From Azolla caroliniana (Eukaryota > Plantae > Polypodiophyta), in NCBI GenBank assembly GCA_043228905.1, contig JBHGNT010000020.1:9796001-9860000 (forward strand): 64,000 nucleotides of DNA. The letters run 5' to 3'. Every line of letters begins with the position of its first letter. Position 1 is the stretch's first letter. The translations under genes and the position numbers were made by a program. Below the pieces are notes generated by a model. That model searched no databases, was not told the origin of the DNA, and saw nothing but the letters and a program-made list of their open reading frames with translations. Shown one piece after another: positions 12,041 through 24,030 of this stretch.

Positions 12041-15000
12041 TGTTGAGAGACAAGCTCCACATCGGCCGGATCAACTGAAGAAGCCGAGGACTGGATCAGT
12101 TGGGACCGATCGGTTAGGACGAATGCGTAAACCGGTATGCAGACCGGTGCATAGGTAGGGCCGGATTGGTGCGTAAACCGGGAGGCCGTTAAGAAAGATA
12201 TTCCGTGAGGAATATATTTGGGAATTAGTGTAGAAGCTCTTAATGAGCATTGAAGTACTGTCAGTACTTTTGTCAGTCCTTCTAAGACTTGTATAAAAGT
12301 GTTCATTGAACACACATATGTATAGAGTAGTGAATAGAGATTGAGTATTTTTTGTTGAATATAGTTCTTGTGTTTTCTCTCTCTCACTCTCTCTGTCTCT
12401 CCCGCGTACACTGTGTAAGCTCAAGATCTTCATTAAACCTGAGTTTTCTTCCTTCTGTTCGGTCTTCATACTTGCTTCCGCACGCTACTCTTTACATGGT
12501 ATCACAGCGCGAGGGTTGAGAACCTCTCTGCAGCCGACACAGCTTGACGAAGAAGAACAAGAAGAGTGATGGATAGAGGCATGGCGAGCTCGCTTCCAAC
12601 TGAGAAGCTCGACAGAACCAACTACGCGTCTTGGTCCTACAAGATGCACCAGTACCTGCTCGGGCACGGCTACTGGAGTTATGTCAAAGGAGCTAATGAC
12701 GCGGCACCCGAATCGACACACAGAGATTTCTGTCGTGGGAGCCATCGGCGAGCAGGGTATTATACTGCTTCGCGTCGTGTCTGGGCGAACAGCTATTGAG
12801 CTATGTTCGGGATGCAAAGACGCCGAAGGGTGCGTGGGAAAATCTGAAGAAGATTTTCGCCGCGAGCACCACAACCAGGAAGCTTCAGCTCCGACAGGAG
12901 TTGAGCAACCTACGACAACGCGACTTGTCGGTGGCGGACTATACCTCGAAGATCAAGGATATCTGCGACTCCCTCGCCTCCATAGAGGTGAACATCGAGG
13001 AGAGCGAGATGCTCCAGATCTGTCTCAAACGTTTGGCGTCGAAGTTCAGAGCGTTCCGAATGGCTGTGTGTACCCAGGAGAATACGCTGTCCTTTTTCGA
13101 CTTACAGTTGATGCTCCTGGTAGAGGAGAACCACGTGGGTGCGTCGACGAGCACGCACACCGACAACAAGATGTTGTACACGGATGGAGAAAGGCCCCAT
13201 GGTCGTGGCGGACGAGGCGAGTGGGTATGCAATGGAAGCGACCGACGAGATCAAGGAAGAAGGCACCGAAGTGATGCCGACAGCAACTCCGGATCCTCCG
13301 AAAACAGGGGGAGTCGAAGCGATGAGAACCAGCAAGGGAAGGCCATCGCGGAGTGTTGGTACTGTGGCAAGAAAGATCACATGGAAAGTGAGTGCTGGAA
13401 GAAGCGCGTCGATTCGAAGAGAACCGGTTCCGTAAACGGCTCCGGACATACCGACAAGGGAAATCGGTAGCGATCGCACTACGCCGAAGACTCCGGGATA
13501 GCCGGAGAGGGGTCTGCCTTCGTGACGAGACACGAAGAAAACTCAATGAAACGGACTACCCCGAGATCGGACGAGGTGTGGAACGTAGACTCCGGCGCGT
13601 CAAACCACATGAAGAGCCATAAGGAGTGGTTCTCGTACCTCGAAAAACCGATCCAACCTGGAGTAGTCACAACAAGAGACGACACTCCGCATCCGATCGT
13701 GAATGTCGGAGAAGTTCCCCTTAGCCATGTCGGGCAGAAAGGGAAACTCATGAACGTCTGCACGTTCCAACAATCACGAAGAACTTGGTCTTGGTCGGAC
13801 AGATCATCGACCAAGGGATGGAGGTTCGGTTTACACACCTCGGCTGCTTCATTGAGGAAGAAGGTCGTGTGATTGCAAAAGGGCGCAGAGACGGGAGGAT
13901 GTTCATCCTCGACTCCACTGACGGCGGCACTGCAATGTTCGCGAAGGGACAAAAATCCGAGTCGGACATCGACTTGTGGCACAAGCGGATAGGCCACGTC
14001 AACTACCAGCAGCTTCAAGATCTGCAATCGAAATAGGTAGTGTTCAGATTGCCCAAATTTAGTGGCCGAAAGGCACAAATTTGTGAAGCCTGCCAGCTCA
14101 GGAAGCAACACCGACTTCCTTTCCCCAACGAGCGAAACCGGAGCCGGAACAAGCTCGACCTTATACACTCTGATGTATGGGGGCCGACACAAAACGTTAG
14201 TCTTGGCGGGAGCCAATATTTCGTCTCCTTCATCGACAACCACACGCGGCACACGTGGATCTACCTCATTGAGAGGAAGAGCGAAGTCTTCGACTATTTC
14301 CGGGACCTCAAAGGGTTCGTCGAAACGGAAACGGAACGAAAGATCAAGTGCCTGCGGTCGGATGGCGGGAAAGAGTAATTTTCCGGTCAATTCAACGGTT
14401 ATCTACAACAAATGGGAATCGGCGCGAATTCAGTTGTAGATACACACCGGAGCAGAACGGCGTGGCCGAGAGGAAAAATCGGTCAGTTGTGGAAGCGGCA
14501 CGGGCAATGCTGGAGGAGAAGAGCTTGCCCAAGTTCTACTGGGCTGAGGCGGTAAGGACCGCGGTATACATCCAGAACCGGATCGGAGACAAAGTGTCGG
14601 CGCACGAGCTATATTTCGGAACGAAGCCGAACTTGCGACACTTGAGGGTGTTCGGTAGCATTGTGTATGTGCATGTACCAAAGGAGAAAAGGAGGAAGCA
14701 AGATGCAAAGGCCGAGAAATGCATCTTGGTCGGTTACTCGGACGAGCAGAAGGGTTATAAGTGCTATAACCTTCGCAACAAACAAGCGCGTGTTAGTCGT
14801 GACTTTGTGTTTGACGAGTCCGCGTCCTGGTACCAGCCCCCGACTCGCACCCCGACTCCAATCCGAGCTCTAACGATGAGGTCAGCGAGGCCGAGATGCC
14901 TCTAGATCAGCCGAGTCGGTACGACCAGTCCGATGAAGAGCCGGCAAGTAGTGGAGACTCAGCCGTGCATTCCCCGCGTAGGAAGCCGAGGAGACAGCTT

Positions 15001-15242
15001 ACGCACAAAGAGAAAGGGAAGAAGAAGGTGTCGGATTCCGGCGAGGATAGGAATGAGTCAGACCGACGCGAGTCCGATTCCAAGGGACCGGTGACGGGAC
15101 TTTAAAGGTGAAGTCCGCGTTGACCGAGAAGGCCTCGACATCGGCTAATGTGAGATTACGCCGATCTACCCACCAGAAGAATCCTAATTTGCGGTTCGGA
15201 TACAACGAGTACAGGGCGCATCATTATGCGTACATGACCCGT
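12041..15242 (+). mobile_element. Copia-3: 5' LTR (12041-12496), PBS TGGTATCACAGC, then gag-PR-IN; cut by the Gypsy insertion at 15243, 3' part absent
   Basis: LTR similar to 27219-27608; gag MASSLPTEKLDRTNYASW; CWYCGKKDHMESEC knuckle; VDSGASNHM; IHSDVWGP; YTPEQNGVAERKNR. Confidence 0.92.
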
Positions 15243-15945
15243 TGTCGAGGTTTTCCTCGCGGATGCATGGAATGAGGCGGAACCTCGGGGGTCCTGTACC
15301 AAAGAGCAAGAGAGGAAGGAGAAGAGACCCTCTACGTGCGAGCGTAGATCCACAGGGACACGGCCCTTCGACGCAAAGACGCAAGTGGGACAGCGACACA
15401 GAAAGACACGAATGTATGTATGTATTAACAAAGACAAACAACAAGAACACGAAGACAACAAAACCACGAAGTCGGTTACAACCGAACAGGCCAGCGAGCA
15501 GATGCAGATGCCTGTTCGTAAACGCACAGAAAGACAGGAGCAGGTTGGAGGTGCTGCCGGAAGCACTCGGGCATTCCTCAGAGCAGCGCGAGCCTCCCGA
15601 AACCTGCACAGAAGGAAGCTATGGAGTTTGTGAACAGAGAGAGAGAGAGAAGCCTTCGCACGCAAACCAACAGCACTTCGTCCTCGACTCTCCGCGATCC
15701 CCTCCCCCTTCTCGTCTCCCTCCTTTTTATAAGCAAGGAAGGAGCCGTTTCCCCTTTACTTCCTACCCACTAAATCTACCCGCCTAGGATCTTCTATGGA
15801 CAACATTCGAGAAGAGCCGGTTCCTACGCTCCTGTGCACCGATTCCGCTTGTGGACGGTTTTCTTCACGACATCCACCCCCACCTAACTGCGCATCCACC
15901 GGCATGCGCCAAATTGAGTTGGGACGGAGAAAACCGGTCCAGCCT

Positions 15946-17373
15946 TCATTCCCCGCCCGTCGGTTCTTCCTCGGTTTCGGATCGTTCGTCGTCGCGGTCC
16001 AGGCCAATCGGATCTGGCTCGTCGTCGTGACGCTTCTTGAACGCTTTGATCCGCTTCCCTGCTACCGGTATCGCCATTCTCGTACCGTCGAGTTCCGCCA
16101 GATGGTACGTCTCGTTGTCGTTGGCGCTTTATACCACGTAAGGCCCGAACCACCTTCTTGTGAACTTCCGTGTCGCTCGGTGCTGGTTGTCAAGGCTACT
16201 GTCGTAGACTAGCACCCAGTCGCCTTCCTCGATCTTCTTCGGTCGGAGCCGGTGCGTTTGGTCGAACCGGGCTTTGTTCCTCATCCTTGCTTCCCGAAGC
16301 TTTTCCGCAGCCTGCTCCACGTCCTCCGGTCTTCGCTCGAGCTGTCGTATACGCACCACCAGCAGCTCCTCCCGGCTCATCTCGTCTCTCCAGTCCACGG
16401 TTGCCCACGAGGAGATCGTACGTTCCATTGGCATGACCGGCTTCTGCCCAAACATGAGTTCTGCCGGCATGAATCCGGTTACCGAATTGTGCGTAGTTCG
16501 GTCCGCCCACAACGCGTAAGGCAACAGTCGCGGCCAATTCCCGACTTGACCTCCGCATGCCCGAACTAATGCCTTGACGATCGGTCCGTGTCCGCGCTCC
16601 ACCTTCCCATTCGCCTCCGGATTATACGCAGTGGTAAGCGAGAGCTTGACTCCTAGCCGGTCGAACAGTTCCTCGGCCTCTTCGGCGTCCAACTCCCCGC
16701 GATCAGCCACGATCTTCCCGACGCACCCGTACCGGCATATCACGTCCTCGATCAAGAACCGACATACGGCCGCGGTCGTTTTGTTCTGAAGGGCTCGGCC
16801 TTCCACCTGGTTCGTCAGATCTTCCCGAGCCAGGACCAGATACCGGATCTGTCCTACGCCCATCGGCATCATCACCAGATCTACCATCCATTTGAAGTGG
16901 ATGGTCGGAGGGTACGTAGGGTGAAGCTCGTCCCAATGCCGGACTATGGAGTGCATCTGACAGCTCTCGCAAGTTGTCACGAACCGATGCACGTCCCGGT
17001 ACAGTCCCGGCCACCAGTACTTCCCCTTTATCTTCTCGAACGTGGCCCACGTTCCACGGTGTCCGGCCCAAGGGCTGTCGTGGTAGCCCGTCAGCAGCTC
17101 CTCCTGTTCTTCCTTCATCGCCACCACCCGGAGCGGGACGCCGTTCCTCTTCTTCGGGTGCTTCCATAAGTATCCGTCCCGGAGAAAGAATCGGTAAGCT
17201 TTCTTCCGGATCCGGTTGGCCTCGTCCTTCGTCCACGACACATCCGTCGTCATCGTCCTCAAAAATCGACCGATCTGGAGCCACTTGCCGTCGTACTTGC
17301 TCTCGTCGAAGTCGTTAAGTGCCGGAGTGCTCGTCCCATCGGCTGTTACGTACGCTGCCTCGAAGAAGTCCAC
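15946..17373 (-). pseudogene. Gypsy integrase (HHCC, DDE core, GPY/F) with a short acidic tail and no chromodomain
   Basis: ORF 16129-17373. Reading through the TAA at 16129 gives ...TYHLAELDGTRMAIPVAGKRIKAFKKR...EEEPTGGE* ending at 15946. Confidence 0.85.
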
Positions 17374-17393
17374 ACCGACTTCTTCGTCCTCCG

Positions 17394-17440
17394 AAACCCT
17401 AAACCCTAAACCCTAAACCCTAAACCCTAAACCCTAAACC
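17394..17440 (-). repeat. Interstitial plant telomeric repeat (TTTAGGG) x ~6.7
   Basis: Six perfect AAACCCT units plus AAACC on the + strand. Confidence 0.97.
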
Positions 17441-17604
17441 GACCGAGTAAATCGACCTTCCGGCGAAGGCCTCCGCGAACTCGTCTATGGTCGGTCCGAT
17501 TCCCGTGCCTCCCGAGCATTCTCCGAAACCGGTCTTCCTCCGCCGGCAGTAGGAACTCGCCCCCACCGATCTTGAGCTCCCGGAGCGTCCCATCGGTGAA
17601 GGTG

Positions 17605-19030
17605 GCTCCGCAACGTGGGCGTAATGTGGGATCCATATGTGGTAGAATGCGCATGCCCCCAAGAACCTCCGAACTTCCGTAGCCGAGCTACAATCGTTCT
17701 TCATCGCGGAGATGGCTTCTACCTTTGCCGGAGACGGCTTCCGGCCATAGGGTCCACATAGGTGCCCGACCACCAGGATTTCCAATTGCCCGAAGGCCGA
17801 TTTCTCCCCGGAGAAGGTGAGCCTCGCATCCTCTAGCCTTTGTAGCACCTTCTTGCAGTCGTCGATGTGTTTCGCCACGAATCGCCGGCATCCGTCCGGC
17901 CCGACTGTCTCGTCCTTCTCCTCCACCGAGCACCCCTTGATCGGGATGTCGTCTAGAAACGGCATGGTGATGTCCGGGATGCAATCCCTCAGTACCTTGT
18001 TCATTGCATTCACCATGTGGGCTACCGAGTTGGTCCCTCCTTGTGGCAGGGTACACATTCGCACTAGGCCGAGGGGAGTTTGCATCGTCGTAATGTCTCT
18101 GCTCTCCACAGCTAGCTGGAACTGGTCGTACCCCGAGTACAAATCACCGACCGAGTAAATCGACCTCCCGGCGAAGGCCTCCGCGAACTCGTCTATGGTC
18201 GGTCCGATTCCTGCGTTCCGAATAGTCACTCTGTTGACCGGCTGCAGGTCCTGAATGAAGCGCAATGTTCCGTTTTTCTTTGGTACGGTAAACCATCGGC
18301 TCGAGTATGGTGCGCTCGACGGTTCGAGAATACCCATATCGACTTTCTGCCTCAGTAGCCCCATCAACTCCGGGATGTGAGCTCTTGGTACCGGAATCGG
18401 CTTGAGATTCCACGGCACATGCGGTACCGTGAATATCACCATCGGCTCCACGATTGTCAGGTCTACGCACCCGATCTCTTCCGGCGAGAACGCGAAGGCT
18501 TTCCCGTGCCTTCCGAGCATTCTCCGAAACCGGTCTTCCTCCGCCGGCAGTAGGAACCCGCCCCCACCAATCTTGAGCTCCCGGAGCGTCCCGTCAGTGA
18601 AGGTGTGTCCTATGCAGGCCAGATCTCGTAAACTGGGGTCCGACGCAACCCCTCTGATCCAAGACTCACTGCCCTCCGGTAAGGGTGCCGCGACTGGCCT
18701 TACCTTCCGGTCCACAGTCTTGTACTTCGTGCTAACTCGGGCCGTCCGATCCGACCTGAGCCCCCGACTGAAGTTCGCGATGACTTCGTACATCTCTTCG
18801 GAACATACCGGTATCGTCCGGTCTTCGTTAAGGTCTTCTTCGGCTACTTTCCTTAGCATTCCCAAGGTGTCATCGAAGGAGACCTCCTCCACGGCTACGC
18901 TGATTTCCTCGTCCGGGCCGAGAACTCCGCACGCTCGAAGTCGCTCCTCCGCCCTTGCCCTTTCTCGGCCAACGATGCCGACTATCATACATCCTCCGTT
19001 GCCGGAGAAGCAGAATTTTCTACCTATCAT
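17605..19030 (-). pseudogene. Gypsy reverse transcriptase (FLDD), truncated before RNase H
   Basis: WFTVPKKNGTLRFIQDLQPVN, DLYSGYDQ, PFLDDIPIKG and RFLGACAFYHIWIPHYA; then runs into filler DNA. Confidence 0.9.
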
Positions 19031-21840
19031 ACAAGGTTTCTTCGGTTTCGGTTCTATCGTACAGCTGTGGGGTCTTCCCCGAGTGTCCGGACTGTCTCGG
19101 CCCCACGCCTTGGCAGCCCTCCCGAAAAATCCTCCCAGTTCTCGCCACCGAGGGATTCGCGGTTCCGCTCGTGGTTCGGTCTCACGGTCAGAAATTGGAC
19201 CGAATGGCGCCCGTCCTGGCTTTTGACCCTTGCGTAGGCCGAACCGTTGTCTAGCACCTTGGTCTCCATTCGCGCCGCCGTGATGTATGGTTCACCTAAT
19301 ATGACCGGGTGCGAAGACGTCTCTTGTACGAAGAAGTGCTGGTCAATCTCGACGTCGCCGATCTTGACTCGCACGTTCGGGCAGGCCCCGTGCAATTCCT
19401 CGGTAGCGCGCGTCGCCGCCCGTATCTTCCACCGTGCTTGGTGTTGATCGGCCACTTTCCCTTCTTATAGAAGTCCATTGACATCAAGTTTATTTCCGAA
19501 CCGTGGTCCACCAATGCCACCACCAGTTCCTGAACATCTCTGATCTTCACCGGGGTCTCCGTGGTCGCTCGGGCCTAGTGTGGCCTCGAATAGTGGCTCT
19601 CCGCCCACTCATCTGCCAGCGCCGAGTCGTCGATGTGCGTCGTCCGCACCTCTACCGGTCTTTCCGGATCCGTCTCCGTCGACAGCCTCTTCCGTTTCAC
19701 CAAGTCTACAATGGAGTCGTGGAACTCCTTCTTGGCGATCCCCAGCACCTCCCGCAATGACAGCTCCACCTTGCTGTCGAGGATCCGTTCCTCTAGGACC
19801 TTTCGTAGGTCCGTAGTCCTTTCTATTTCCGTCCCCAGTCGGTATCCGCCCTTCCTGGAGTTATCTTGCGAGCTGGACCCACCGGCATCGTTCCGTCGCT
19901 GCCCGAATCGGGTCTCGTACCGTTGTGAGGGCCCGACCGCTCCAGCTTTCTCCACTCGTTTGTCTTCTACCAGAGCCTCGTAGTTCCGGCAGGCGGCTTC
20001 TACGAAGCCCGTCTTCTCCTCGACCGGGTCGCTCCACCCGGTTACTTCCCAGACCCGTCTCTCAGCGCGGTTCGTTTCATCTTTCCTCAGCCGTGCGCCG
20101 GCGAGGCCTTCTAGCATTGCCGACCAGAAACCGTCTTTGCTCTCCTTTCGGGCCTCGCTGCCCCCGACCCGAATACCGGCCGACGCCGAGTAGTGGATGG
20201 CCTCCACGTGTCGGGCCGCTGCCTCTTCCATCAGTCTCTTCATACCTCCTCGCCCGTCGTTTCGGTTCAGGGCCCTCCTGGTGTCGCCGGCGTGCACCCG
20301 GCCTTCCCACAGGTACAACACCCGGTTCCTCAGTACCAGCACTCTGCGATGGCCTTCCCTTGCCGGTTCTCATCGCTTCAACTCCCCCTGTTTCCGGAGG
20401 GTCAGGAGTTGTTGTCGGCATCACTTCAGTGCCTTCTTCCTTGATCTCGTCGGCAGCTTCCATTGCGTACTGACTCGCCTCGTCCGCCATGACCACGAGG
20501 CCTTTCTCCCTCCGTGTACAACATCTTGTTGTCCGTGTGCGTGCTCGTCGACGCACCCACGTGGTTCTCCTCTACCAGGAGCATTGATTGTAAGTTGAAA
20601 AAGGACTGCGTATTCTCCCGGGTACACACAGCCGTTTGGAACGCTCCGAACTTCAAAGCCAAACCTCTGAGACAGATCTGGACCATCTCGCTCTCCTCGA
20701 TGTTCACCTCTAGGGAGGCAAGGGAGTCGCAAATATCCTTGATCTTCAAGGTATAGTCCCCCACCGACAAGTCGCGTTGTCGTAGGTTGCTCAACTCCTG
20801 TCGGAGCTGAAGCTTCCTGGCTGTGGTGCTCGTGGCGAAAATCTTCTTTAGATTTTCCCACGCACCCTTCGGCGTCTTTGCATCCCGAACATAGCTGAAT
20901 AGTTGTTCGCCCACACACGACGCGAAGCAGTATAATACCCTGCTCGCCGATTGCTCCCAAGACGGAAAGTCTCTGTGTGTCGATTCGGGTGCCGCGTCAT
21001 TAGCTCCTTCGACATAACTCCACTAGCCGTGCCCGAGCAGGTACTGGTGCATCTTGTAGGACCAAGACGCTGTCGTGAAGAATTTCGGCCAGAGGCGGAA
21101 ACCGGGAAACATTGGCTACATCGGCCGGGTGCAGCGTGTGTACGCACCCATGTACATTTAGTGTGAATATCGAGGGCGCCTTTATTGCGCCGAAGAGTAG
21201 TCAAGTCGGGGCAGACGATCCCATGTAAGGCGGGATTTGTCCCACATTGTAACGCATCCCTTTCCTTGTTCTATAAAACGAAGGGAACACCCTCTGTGAA
21301 GGGGTTGCCCATTTTGCATTAGAGGGTATACCGTTAGGTTTAGAGTTAGCTTCTTCTTCTTCTTCTCCTTCGTGTTCGCTTAGGGTTTGCTGCAGCTTAT
21401 CTCCTGTGCAAGACCCCGCTCTTCGCGACGAGCCCGAGAGCTCCCCGACGGCGGCTTGACAGCTGACGACTGTTGTAAGCTATCTTGGTCTGGCTTGAAG
21501 CCGGGAATGTATTCTTCTTCTATACATATATATATACGTTTGTCTGGGTATATTCGCGTCGTTGTTGGCGTCGGGTGCTTACCCTCTCCTACGTTTTCTG
21601 TACATAAGGCGTGGGTCGGGTTGGGCTGTGTGTGCGAGTGTGCGTATGTGTGTGCGTGAGTCGGTGTTAAGCTCTCTCTCTCTCTCTCCCTTCGGTTGCT
21701 TCCGGTGTGTTTCTGGGATGCCCCAGAAACAGTGAAGCACGACTTCCTACGCTCCATCGCTCTCTAGTCCAAGACCCCCGTGGTCCTACCTTTCTCCACG
21801 CACGCGCGTAACAATGCGACGTGAAGGGCGGCAAGGGAGG

Positions 21841-23259
21841 ATGGAGTCAGAAGACGACGACCTTGCGGAGATGGTGGCCGAAGTGGTGTTGGAGTCGGCA
21901 TGAGTGGTGATGAGGTGAGAAGCAGCGCAACAAGCGGTTGAGCGAGTGGTCGAAAGAGTCAGTTGTTTCAACGGGGACAGAGTCCCATCTTACTTGGAAG
22001 CCTAGAACGCAGAAATGGAGGAGCGTGGCGTAGACGAGGCGTTGAGGCTGGAGTTCTTCTGCCGGGTCGTAGCTGTCTGGATGCATACGAAAGTAAAGGA
22101 GCTTCGTGAGGCTCATAGTTCGTGGGAGGCCTTCGAAGAGGCGCTCGTGAAGGCATACGGAGGACGGCGGAAGAGCCGGGGACGGCACGACTTCGACCAG
22201 TGGGTAGCATCGGCAAAGACCCACCGGGGCGCGACGAAGGTGTTCTGAGAGTTCGAGCGACGGCTTGCCCGACTCCCAGAGCGGGAACAAGGTTTGGTGG
22301 GGGCGGACAAAGTCCTTTTGTTCGTCAGGTCGATCGACCGAGCGGAACGGGAAGCCATCGGGATTGAGCTCGAAGACGATGACGGAGCGAATGGGCTTAC
22401 GGAGGACTAGTCGAAGGTCGGAAGGGTGTGCCAACGGCTAGACAACGAGCGAGCCGAGAAGGCTAAGAGGAAGGTACGCGACGGCGTGCCATCACAGCGG
22501 GAAGAGGCCGAATGGCAGAGAGAGTCGGCAAGGGTCGGCGTTGGGGCCAGGATTGCGGAGGCGTACGCAGCTCTCGAGGCGATGCTCGAGGAAGAGGAAA
22601 GATGGAGGCCGCAAGCCGAGACTGAGAAGATGTACTTGCCCCACGCGACGGCGGAAGATCGGTACCACGGTACCACGGGAGAGGGTGCGGAACGAAACGC
22701 CCTCTCGACTTGTGGAGATAGAACGGCCAAGGACGAGGCCGAGATACAGATCGCAGAACCGGAACATTGGGACCAGCGGTTTCGGGCGTGTCGGCCCGAG
22801 ATCCCGGTCATTGGAGAAGCAAGCCCAGACAGGGCTTGCGCGATCGGTAAGAAGACGACCGCCGACCACGAAGAGTCGGTGGATACGGACAAGGGCGCAA
22901 AATGGACGGGCGATTCTTTGTGTCTTCCCACACTTGCTCCCGAGACGATGGCAGTCGGGCCCGAGTGCCCACGTGAGTCCCAAGCGGAGGAAGAAGGCGG
23001 CGAAAGGGCAAGAATCACCGGCGAGACGATGCAGGGAAGGAACGGACGAAAGCCCACCGACCCGATTCCAGAGAACTCGGCATTCAGGCCCATATGCCCA
23101 TGTAAGACCGAGGAGATGGATAGCGGTACCGAGGAGTCCTGGCACGATGCCAGCGAAGTCGGATGGGAAACGGCCTACGAGGAGGCCGAGGACGAAAGCG
23201 GCACGAGGAGATCGGCATTCCGATTCGTATGGAGTAGAATCCGGTCGTGGATCGTTTGA
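21841..23259 (+). pseudogene. Gag-like ORF with in-frame stops, homologous to 4030-6147
   Basis: One frame from the ATG at 21841 runs through ORFs 22015-22248 and 22426-23259 and is broken by about 5 stops; acidic C-terminal half. Confidence 0.75.
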
Positions 23260-23673
23260 TCGGGGCCGGATTCGGCATGAAAGTGCCGATACAGAAGGGG
23301 GTGCGGGACGAGCCGCCCTCTTTTACATGGGGAGAAAGACCGACCGAGCGAAGGTTGAGAGTTGGAAAGAGAATGAAAGCCGGTCCTATGGGATTCCTTA
23401 CACCGATCCGGCTGCAGGCCCGAGTGCCGGCGTGAGTCCTATACGAGAGGACGGTGGCGACAGGAGAACGGGACTCGACAATCCGGAGAAGGACGAACGG
23501 ACCCGGACGAGAACCGGGCGGAGCGGACTCCCGGATGACCATTCCGGGAGGGAGGAAGAGAGCAGGCCTACGAAGAGGCCAAGGACACGGTACGTCGGTA
23601 CCACGGGAGAGGGTGCAGAGTAAACCGCCCTCCCGGCATGCGGAAAAGGACGACCCGAGACAGGGTCGGGAAG

Positions 23674-24030
23674 ACGGATGGGCGGTCTACGGAGGATCCT
23701 TCACACCGGTTCTAGAGACTTCGGCAGTCGGCAACGCGGTCGACGTAAGACCAAGATACTGACAGTGGCGGCAAGGTGACGAAGACAAAAGGGGCCACAG
23801 ACGGGCGGTCTACGGAGGATCCTTCACACCGGTTCTAGAGACTTCGGCAGTCGGCAACGCGGTCAACGTAAGACCAAGATACTGACGGTGGCGGCGAGGT
23901 GACGAAGACAAAAGGGGCCACGGACGGGCGGTCTACGGAGGATCCTTCACACCGGTTCTAGAGACTTCGGCAGTCGGCAACGCGGTCGACGTAAGACCAA
24001 GATACTGACGGTGGCAGCGAGGTGACGAAG
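23674..24030 (+). repeat. 123-bp tandem repeat, ~2.9 copies
   Basis: GGGCGGTCTACGGAGGATCC recurs at 23680, 23803 and 23926. Confidence 0.95.

Larger units (their letters stand above)
15243..20331 (-). mobile_element. Pol-encoding, now defective Ty3/Gypsy of the TGTCGTGAAGA group: gag C-terminus, protease, RT, integrase, PPT and 3' LTR (15243-15872, type C); 5' end and RNase H deleted
   Basis: Domain order is PR-RT-IN. Protease ALVDHGSEINLM (~19500); RT DLYSGYDQ, LPQGGTNS, FLDD; integrase GHRG...CESC, DRGE, NGKVERGH and GPY. The LTR reads TGTCGTGAAGAAAACC on the minus strand after the PPT GTTAGGTGGGGGTGGA. Confidence 0.93.

Noticed and set aside
17394-17440. True chromosome end or a telomere-specific retrotransposon
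   Set aside because: Only ~47 bp, internal, flanked on both sides by the same Gypsy pol, with no TSD.
19575-20960. Functional Copia-gag/Gypsy-pol chimeric gene
   Set aside because: The Gypsy frame (LRNRVLY) is out of frame with the Copia knuckle (ECWY) at the junction, and both partners carry stops. It is a deletion junction.
22541-23623. 360-aa Arg-rich ORF as an extra gene
   Set aside because: Alternative frame of the GC- and purine-rich gag pseudo-ORF; no domain and no counterpart in the sister satellite.
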